Source: Lingula anatina
Taxonomy: Eukaryota > Animalia > Brachiopoda
Assembly (NCBI GenBank): GCA_051362555.1
Contig: CM120640.1
Location: forward strand, 29,531,967 to 29,595,966
Reading direction: 5' to 3'
Length of the DNA: 64,000 nt
How positions within the stretch are numbered: position 1 is the stretch's first letter; every line of letters starts with the position of its first letter. This document shows, in pieces, positions 53,960-64,000 of this stretch. Below the pieces are notes generated by a model. The model saw only the letters and a program-made list of their open reading frames with translations. It was not told the origin of the DNA and ran no database searches. The translations under genes and the position numbers were made by a program.

Positions 53960-56900
53960 TTTGTACAAATTTCAGAAATATTGGACAAGATTTGATAAAA
54001 TTATTAACGTTTAACTATTTTAAGGCCTGGGTTTTGCCAGTCTTTTCAATGTAATTTTCAGTTTTCCCAAATATGTTTTCCCAAAAAACACTTTTCATTC
54101 AATACAGACAACTGATCAGCTTATCACAGATTTTTATTGTTGTTAAGCATCATTTGTACAAATTTCATAAAAATTGGACTAGATTTGACAAAATTATTAA
54201 CGTTTAACTATTTTAAGGCCTGGGATATGCCAGGCTTTTTATTGTAATTTTCAGTTTTCCCAACTATGTTGTCCCAAAAAACACTTTTCATTAAAAACAG
54301 ACAACTGATCAGCTTATCACAGATTTTTATTGTTGTTAAGCATCATTTGTACAAATTTCAGAAATATTGGACTAGATTAGACAAAATTATTAACGTTTAA
54401 CTATTTCAAGTCCTGCAAATTCCCTGTCTTTTCAATGTAATTTTCAGTTTTCCCAAATATGTTGTCCCAAAAAACACTTTTCATTAGACACAGACAACTG
54501 ATCAGCTTATCACTGATTTTAATTGTTGTTAAGCATCATTTGTACAAATTTCATAAATATTGGACTAGATTTGACAAAATTATTACCGTTTAAATATTTC
54601 AAGTCCTGCGAATTCCCACTCTTTTCAATGTAATTTTTGGTTTTCGCAAATATATTGTCCTAAAAATCACTTTTCATTCAATACAGACAACTGATCAGCT
54701 TATCACAGATTTTTTTTGTTGGTAAGCATCATTTGTACAAATTTCAGAAATAAAGGACAAGATTTGACAAAATTATTAATGTTTAACTATTTCAAGGTCT
54801 GGGTTTTGCCAGTCTTTTCAATGTAATTTTCAGTTTTCCCAAATATGTTTTCCCAAAAAACACTTTTCATTCAATACAGACAACTGATCAGCTTATCACA
54901 GATTTTTATTGTTGTTAAGCATCATTTGTACAAATTTCATAAAAATTGGACTAGATTTGACAAAATTATTACCGTTTAAATATTTCAAGTCCTGCGAATT
55001 CCCAGTCTTTTCAATGTAATTTTTGGTTTTCGCAAATATATTGTCCTAAAAAAACATTTTTCATTCAATACAGACAAGTGATCAGCTTATCACAGATTTT
55101 TATTGTTGGTAAGCATCATTTGTACAAATTTTAGAAATATAGGACAAGATTTGACAAAATTATTAACGTTTAACTATTTTAAGGCCTGGGATTTGCCAGT
55201 CTTAGACACAGTCAACTGATTAGCTTATCTCAGATTTTTGTTGTTGTTAAGCATTATTTGTACAAATTTCAGAAATATTGGACAAGATTTGACAAAATTA
55301 TTAACGTTTAACTATTTGAAGGCCTGGGATTTGCCAGTCTTTTCAGTGTAATTTTCAGTTCTCCCATATATATTGTTCCAAAAAACACTTTTTATTAGAC
55401 ACAGTCAACTGATCAGCTTATCTCAGATTTTTTTTGTTGTTAAGCATTATTTGTACAAATTTCAGAAATGTTGGACATGATTTGACAAAATTAACGTTTA
55501 ACTATTTTAATTAAATCACTGAATTTGTCATTCTTTTCAAATGTAATTTTCAGTCCTTTCAGTTATATAGTTCTTGTTTCAGAGTACCCTCACCATGAAA
55601 AAGCTGAAAAAGCAGGCAGTGAAAGATACCACCAAGAGCAGCACTGTGTCTTCTCCATGTGTACAATACTTGATATTTGGCAAGATTTAGGGCCTTGTTG
55701 AGTATTGTGATAACAACAACCCCTTCCAGAAAGGAGTAATCTGCATCTTGCAGAGGTAGTAAGGAGAACTCTTGTATGGGTATATATTGTTTTGATCAAT
55801 TTCCCATACACATGACACTTAAAAAAAAAGACTCAGATAACTGATCAGCTTATCACAGATTTTTATTGTTGTTAAGCATCATTTGTACAAATTTCAGAAA
55901 TATTGCACTAGATTTGACAAAAATATTAACGTTTAACTATTATAAGTCATAAAATATCCCAGTCTTTTCAGTGTAATTTTCAGTTCTCCCAAATATATTG
56001 TTCCAAAAACACTTTTTATTCAATACAGACAACTGATCAGCTTATCTCTGATTTTTGTTGTAGTTAAGCATCATTTGTACAAATTTCAGAAATATAGGAC
56101 AAGATTTGACAAAATTATTAACGTTTAACTATTTTAAGGTCTGGGATTTACCAGTCTTTTCAGTGTAATTTTCAGTTCTCCCAAATATATTGTTCCAAAA
56201 AACACTTTTTATTAGACACAGTCATCTGATCAGCTTATCTCAGATTTTTGTTGTTGTTAAGCATTATTTGTACAAATTTCAGAAATATTGGACAAGATTT
56301 GACAAAATTATTAACGTTTAACTATTTTAAGGCCTGGGTTTTGCCAGTCTTTTCAATGTAATTTTCAGTTTTCCCAAATATGTTTTCCCAAAAAACACTT
56401 TTCATTCAATACAGACAACTGATCAGCTTATCACAGATTTTTATTGTTGTTAAGCATCATTTGTACAAATTTCATAAAAATTGGACTAGATTTGACAAAA
56501 TTATTAACGTTTAACTATTTTAAGGCCTGGGATATGCCAGGCTTTTTATTGTAATTTTCAGTTTTCCCAACTATGTTGTCCCAAAAAACACTTTTCATTA
56601 AAAACAGACAACTGATCAGCTTATCACAGATTTTTATTGTTGTTAAGCATCATTTGTACAAATTTCAGAAATATTGGACTAGATTAGACAAAATTATTAA
56701 CGTTTAACTATTTCAAGTCCTGCAAATTCCCTGTCTTTTCAATGTAATTTTCAGTTTTCCCAAATATGTTGTCCCAAAAAACACTTTTCATTAGACACAG
56801 ACAACTGATCAGCTTATCACTGATTTTAATTGTTGTTAAGCATCATTTGTACAAATTTCATAAATATTGGACTAGATTTGACAAAATTATTACCGTTTAA

Positions 56901-58620
56901 ATATTTCAAGTCCTGCGAATTCCCACTCTTTTCAATGTAATTTTTGGTTTTCGCAAATATATTGTCCTAAAAATCACTTTTCATTCAATACAGACAACTG
57001 ATCAGCTTATCACAGATTTTTTTTGTTGGTAAGCATCATTTGTACAAATTTCAGAAATAAAGGACAAGATTTGACAAAATTATTAATGTTTAACTATTTC
57101 AAGGTCTGGGTTTTGCCAGTCTTTTCAATGTAATTTTCAGTTTTCCCAAATATGTTTTCCCAAAAAACACTTTTCATTCAATACAGACAACTGATCAGCT
57201 TATCACAGATTTTTATTGTTGTTAAGCATCATTTGTACAAATTTCATAAAAATTGGACTAGATTTGACAAAATTATTACCGTTTAAATATTTCAAGTCCT
57301 GCGAATTCCCAGTCTTTTCAATGTAATTTTTGGTTTTCGCAAATATATTGTCCTAAAAAAACATTTTTCATTCAATACAGACAAGTGATCAGCTTATCAC
57401 AGATTTTTATTGTTGGTAAGCATCATTTGTACAAATTTTAGAAATATAGGACAAGATTTGACAAAATTATTAACGTTTAACTATTTTAAGGCCTGGGATT
57501 TGCCAGTCTTAGACACAGTCAACTGATTAGCTTATCTCAGATTTTTGTTGTTGTTAAGCATTATTTGTACAAATTTCAGAAATATTGGACAAGATTTGAC
57601 AAAATTATTAACGTTTAACTATTTGAAGGCCTGGGATTTGCCAGTCTTTTCAGTGTAATTTTCAGTTCTCCCATATATATTGTTCCAAAAAACACTTTTT
57701 ATTAGACACAGTCAACTGATCAGCTTATCTCAGATTTTTTTTGTTGTTAAGCATTATTTGTACAAATTTCAGAAATGTTGGACATGATTTGACAAAATTA
57801 ACGTTTAACTATTTTAATTAAATCACTGAATTTGTCATTCTTTTCAAATGTAATTTTCAGTCCTTTCAGTTATATAGTTCTTGTTTCAGAGTACCCTCAC
57901 CATGAAAAAGCTGAAAAAGCAGGCAGTGAAAGATACCACCAAGAGCAGCACTGTGTCTTCTCCATGTGTACAATACTTGATATTTGGCAAGATTTAGGGC
58001 CTTGTTGAGTATTGTGATAACAACAACCCCTTCCAGAAAGGAGTAATCTGCATCTTGCAGAGGTAGTAAGGAGAACTCTTGTATGGGTATATATTGTTTT
58101 GATCAATTTCCCATACACATGACACTTAAAAAAAAAGACTCAGATAACTGATCAGCTTATCACAGATTTTTATTGTTGTTAAGCATCATTTGTACAAATT
58201 TCAGAAATATTGCACTAGATTTGACAAAAATATTAACGTTTAACTATTATAAGTCATAAAATATCCCAGTCTTTTCAGTGTAATTTTCAGTTCTCCCAAA
58301 TATATTGTTCCAAAAACACTTTTTATTCAATACAGACAACTGATCAGCTTATCTCTGATTTTTGTTGTAGTTAAGCATCATTTGTACAAATTTCAGAAAT
58401 ATAGGACAAGATTTGACAAAATTATTAACGTTTAACTATTTTAAGGTCTGGGATTTACCAGTCTTTTCAGTGTAATTTTCAGTTCTCCCAAATATATTGT
58501 TCCAAAAAACACTTTTTATTAGACACAGTCATCTGATCAGCTTATCTCAGATTTTTGTTGTTGTTAAGCATTATTTGTACAAATTTCAGAAATATTGGAC
58601 AAGATTTGACAAAATTATTA
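53960..58620 (+). repeat. Tandem duplication of a 2307-bp unit
   Basis: CCTGGGTTTTGCC at 54026 and 56333, and cores at 55583 and 57890. Shared GATTAGCTT and GGACATGAT variants. Confidence 0.92.
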
Positions 58621-61600
58621 ATGTTTAACTATTTTAAGTCATAAAATATCCCAGTCTTTTCAGTGTAATTTTCAGTTCTCCCAAATATATTGTTCCAAAA
58701 AACACTTTTTATTCAATACAGACAACTGATCAGCTTATCTCTGATTTTTGTTGTTGTTAAGCATCATTTGTACAAATTTCAGAAATATAGGACAAAATTT
58801 GACAAAATTATTAACGTTTAACTATTTTAAGGCCTGGGATTTTCCAGTCTTTTCAATGTAATTTTCAGTTTTCCTAAATATGTTGTCCCAAAAAACACTT
58901 TTTATTACACACAGACAACTGATCAGCTTATCACAGATTTTTGTTGTAGTTAAGCATCATTTGTACAAATTTCAGAAATATAGGACAAGATTTGACAAAA
59001 TTATTAACGTTTAACTATTTTAAGGCCTGGGATTTACCAGTCTTTTCAGTGTAATTTTCAGTTCTCCCAAATATATTGTTCCAAAAAACACTTTTTATTA
59101 GACACAGTCATCTGATCAGCTTATCTCAGATTTTTGTTGTTGTTAAGCATTATTTGTACAAATTTCAGAAATATTGGACAAGATTTGACAAAATTATTAA
59201 TGGTTAACTATTTTAAGTCATAAAATATCCCAGTCTTTTCAGTGTAATTTTCAGTTCTCCCAAATATATTGTTCTAAAAAACACTTTTTATTAGACTCAG
59301 ATAACTGATCAGCATATCACAGATTTTGATTATTGTTAAGCATCATTTCTACAAATTTCAGAAATATAGGACAAAATTTGACAAAATTATTAACGTTTAA
59401 CTATTTTAAGGCCTGGGATTTGCCAGTCTTTTCAATGTAATTTTCAGTTTTCCCAAATATGTTGTCCCAAAAAACACTTTTCATTACACACAGACAACTG
59501 ATCAGCTTATCACAGATTTTTGTTGTTGTTAAGCATCATTTGTACAAATTTCAGAAATATAGGACAAAATTTGACAAAATTATTAACGTTTAACTATTTT
59601 AAGGCCTGGGATTTGCCAGTCTTTTCAGTGTAATTTTCAGTTCTCCCATATATATTGTTCCAAAAAGCACTTTTTATTAGACACAGTCAACTGATCAGCT
59701 TATCTCAGATTTTTGTTGTTGTTAAGCATCATTTGTACAAATTTCAGAAATGTTGGGCAAGATTTGACAAAATTAAGGTTTAACTATTTTAATTAAGTCA
59801 CTGAATTTGTCATTCTTTTCAAATGTAATTTTCAGTCCTTTCAGTTATATTGTTCTTGTTTCAGAGTACCCTCACCATGAAAAAGCTGAAAAGGCAGGCA
59901 GTGAAAGATACCACCAAGAGCAGCACTGTGTCTTCTCCATGTGTACAATACATGATATTTGGCAAGATTTAGGGCCTTGTTGAGTATTGTGATAACAACA
60001 ACCCCTTCCAGAAAGGAGTAATCTGCATCTTGCAGAGGTAGTAAGGAGAACTCTTGTATGGGTATATATTGTTTTGATCAATTTCCCATACACATGACAC
60101 TTAAAAAAAAAGACTCAGATAACTGATCAGCTTATCACAGATTTTTATTGTTGTTAAACATCATTTGTACAAATTTCAGAAATATTGGACTAGATTTGAC
60201 AAAAATATTAACGTTTAACTATTATAAGTCATAAAATATCCCAGTCTTTTCAGTGTAATTTTCAGTTCTCCCAAATATATTGTTCCAAAAACACTTTTTA
60301 TTCAATACAGACAACTGATCAGCTTATCTCTGATTTTTGTTGTAGTTAAGCATCATTTGTACAAATTTCAGAAATATAGGACAAGATTTGACAAAATTAT
60401 TAACGTTTAACTATTTTAAGGCCTGGGATTTACCAGTCTTTTCAGTGTAATTTTCAGTTCTCCCAAATATATTGTTCCAAAAAACACTTTTTATTAGACA
60501 CAGTCATCTGATCAGCTTATCTCAGATTTTTGTTGTTGTTAAGCATTATTTGTACAAATTTCAGAAATATTGGACAAGATTTGACAAAATTATTAATGTT
60601 TAACTATTTTAAGTCATAAAATATCCCAGTCTTTTCAGTGTAATTTTCAGTTCTCCCAAATATATTGTTCCAAAAAACACTTTTTATTCAATACAGACAA
60701 CTGATCAGCTTATCTCTGATTTTTGTTGTTGTTAAGCATCATTTGTACAAATTTCAGAAATATAGGACAAAATTTGACAAAATTATTAACGTTTAACTAT
60801 TTTAAGGCCTGGGATTTTCCAGTCTTTTCAATGTAATTTTCAGTTTTCCTAAATATGTTTTCCCAAAAAACACTTTTTATTACACACAGACAACTGATCA
60901 GCTTATCACAGATTTTTGTTGTAGTTAAGCATCATTTGTACAAATTTCAGAAATATAGGACAAGATTTGACAAAATTATTAACGTTTAACTATTTTAAGG
61001 CCTGGGATTTACCAGTCTTTTCAGTGTAATTTTCAGTTCTCCCAAATATATTGTTCCAAAAAACACTTTTTATTAGACACAGTCATCTGATCAGCTTATC
61101 TCAGATTTTTGTTGTTGTTAAGCATTATTTGTACAAATTTCAGAAATATTGGACAAGATTTGACAAAATTATTAATGGTTAACTATTTTAAGTCATAAAA
61201 TATCCCAGTCTTTTCAGTGTAATTTTCAGTTCTCCCAAATATATTGTTCTAAAAAACACTTTTTATTAGACTCAGATAACTGATCAGCATATCACAGATT
61301 TTGATTATTGTTAAGCATCATTTCTACAAATTTCAGAAATATAGGACAAAATTTGACAAAATTATTAACGTTTAACTATTTTAAGGCCTGGGATTTGCCA
61401 GTCTTTTCAATGTAATTTTCAGTTTTCCCAAATATGTTGTCCCAAAAAACACTTTTCATTACACACAGACAACTGATCAGCTTATCACAGATTTTTGTTG
61501 TTGTTAAGCATCATTTGTACAAATTTCAGAAATATAGGACAAAATTTGACAAAATTATTAACGTTTAACTATTTTAAGGCCTGGGATTTGCCAGTCTTAT

Positions 61601-64000
61601 CAGTGTAATTTTCAGTTCTCCCATATATATTGTTCCAAAAAGCACTTTTTATTAGACACAGTCAACTGATCAGCTTATCTCAGATTTTTGTTGTTGTTAA
61701 GCATCATTTGTACAAATTTCAGAAATGTTGGGCAAGATTTGACAAAATTAACGTTTAACTATTTTAATTAAGTCACTGAATTTGTCATTCTTTTCAAATG
61801 TAATTTTCAGTCCTTTCAGTTATATTGTTCTTGTTTCAGAGTACCCTCACCATGAAAAAGCTGAAAAGGCAGGCAGTGAAAGATACCACCAAGAGCAGCA
61901 CTGTGTCTTCTCCATGTGTACAATACATGATATTTGGCAAGATTTAGGGCCTTGTTGAGTATTGTGATAACAACAACCCCTTCCAGAAAGGAGTAATCTG
62001 CATCTTGCAGAGGTAGTAAGGAGAACTCTTGTATGGGTATATATTGTTTTGATCAATTTCCCATACACATGACACTTAAAAAAAAAGACTCAGATAACTG
62101 ATCAGCTTATCACAGATTTTTATTGTTGTTAAACATCATTTGTACAAATTTCAGAAATATTGGACTAGATTTGACAAAAATATTAACGTTTAACTATTAT
62201 AAGTCATAAAATATCCCAGTCTTTTCAGTGTAATTTTCAGTTCTCCCAAATATATTGTTCAAAAAACACTTTTTATTCAATACAGACAACTGATCAGCTT
62301 ATCTCTGATTTTTGTTGTAGTTAAGCATCATTTGTACAAATTTCAGAAATATAGGACAAGATTTGACAAAATTATTAACGTTTAACTATTTTAAGGCCTG
62401 GGATTTACCAGTCTTTTCAGTGTAATTTTCAGTTCTCCCAAATATATTGTTCCAAAAAACACTTTTTATTAGACACAGTCATCTGATCAGCTTATCTCAG
62501 ATTTTTGTTGTTGTTAAGCATTATTTGTACAAATTTCAGAAATATTGGACAAGATTTGACAAAATTATTAATGTTTAACTATTTTAAGTCATAAAATATC
62601 CCAGTCTTTTCAGTGTAATTTTCAGTTCTCCCAAATATATTGTTCCAAAAAACACTTTTTATTCAATACAGACAACTGATCAGCTTATCTCTGATTTTTG
62701 TTGTTGTTAAGCATCATTTGTACAAATTTCAGAAATATAGGACAAAATTTGACAAAATTATTAACGTTTAACTATTTTAAGGCCTGGGATTTTCCAGTCT
62801 TTTCAATGTAATTTTCAGTTTTCCTAAATATGTTTTCCCAAAAAACACTTTTTATTACACACAGACAACTGATCAGCTTATCACAGATTTTTGTTGTAGT
62901 TAAGCATCATTTGTACAAATTTCAGAAATATAGGACAAAATTTGACAAAATTATTAACGTTTAACTATTTTAAGGCCTGGGATTTGCCAGTCTTATCAGT
63001 GTAATTTTCAGTTCTCCCATATATATTGTTCCAAAAAGCACTTTTTATTAGACACAGTCAACTGATCAGCTTATCTCAGATTTTTGTTGTTGTTAAGCAT
63101 CATTTGTACAAATTTCAGAAATGTTGGGCAAGATTTGACAAAATTAACGTTTAACTATTTTAATTAAGTCACTGAATTTGTCATTCTTTTCAAATGTAAT
63201 TTTCAGTCCTTTCAGTTATATTGTTCTTGTTTCAGAGTACCCTCACCATGAAAAAGCTGAAAAGGCAGGCAGTGAAAGATACCACCAAGAGCAGCACTGT
63301 GTCTTCTCCATGTGTACAATACATGATATTTGGCAAGATTTAGGGCCTTGTTGAGTATTGTGATAACAACAACCCCTTCCAGAAAGGAGTAATCTGCATC
63401 TTGCAGAGGTAGTAAGGAGAACTCTTGTATGGGTATATATTGTTTTGATCAATTTCCCATACACATGACACTTAAAAAAAAAGACTCAGATAACTGATCA
63501 GCTTATCACAGATTTTTATTGTTGTTAAACATCATTTGTACAAATTTCAGAAATATTGGACTAGATTTGACAAAAATATTAACGTTTAACTATTATAAGT
63601 CATAAAATATCCCAGTCTTTTCAGTGTAATTTTCAGTTCTCCCAAATATATTGTTCAAAAAACACTTTTTATTCAATACAGACAACTGATCAGCTTATCT
63701 CTGATTTTTGTTGTAGTTAAGCATCATTTGTACAAATTTCAGAAATATAGGACAAGATTTGACAAAATTATTAACGTTTAACTATTTTAAGGCCTGGGAT
63801 TTACCAGTCTTTTCAGTGTAATTTTCAGTTCTCCCAAATATATTGTTCCAAAAAACACTTTTTATTAGACACAGTCATCTGATCAGCTTATCTCAGATTT
63901 TTGTTGTTGTTAAGCATTATTTGTACAAATTTCAGAAATATTGGACAAGATTTGACAAAATTATTAATGTTTAACTATTTTAAGTCATAAAATATCCCAG
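57890..64000 (+). repeat. Higher-order repeat of 1975 bp (short core + 8 monomers) x2, then a 1396-bp derivative lacking 3 monomers
   Basis: Cores at 57890, 59865, 61840 and 63236. 1975 = 431 + 8x193 and 1396 = 431 + 5x193. Confidence 0.93.

Larger units (their letters stand above)
1..64000 (+). repeat. Complex satellite / macrosatellite array: 193-bp monomers interspersed with 47 copies of a core module; runs off both window edges
   Basis: Landmarks such as AACTGATCAGCTTATC and CATTTGTACAAATTTC recur every ~193 bp throughout. I saw no unique sequence and no inversion. Confidence 0.99.

Noticed and set aside
1-64000. CRISPR-like array
   Set aside because: There are no unique spacers, the units are 193 bp or longer, no cas genes are present, and the mutation signature is eukaryotic.

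Overview
The whole 64 kb is one AT-rich, head-to-tail complex satellite (macrosatellite-like) array, all on one strand. It is almost certainly eukaryotic and probably from an animal with CpG methylation (inference). It has two components. (i) A 193-bp monomer occurs in many diverged subtypes. (ii) A ~385-bp non-satellite core module, which I count 47 times, sits at a fixed position inside one monomer. Core-to-core spacing is 562 + n x 193 bp, or 431 + n x 193 for a core with a 136-bp deletion. These units form nested higher-order repeats (~0.58, 1.14, 1.33, 1.975, 2.31, 2.655 and 4.77 kb) in layered sequence domains. The core begins with a strong splice acceptor and a Kozak-context 46-codon micro-ORF. 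Frameshift, nonsense and start-loss variants are spread among copies, so it looks like a captured, neutrally decaying gene or transposon fragment. I cannot support any real CDS, RNA gene, CRISPR array or autonomous mobile element, and all supplied ORFs are repeat copies. The notable signals are mechanistic: empty-site monomers, crossovers inside the core, two-way quasi-palindrome correction, CpG decay on both strands, and a 163-bp templated insertion.
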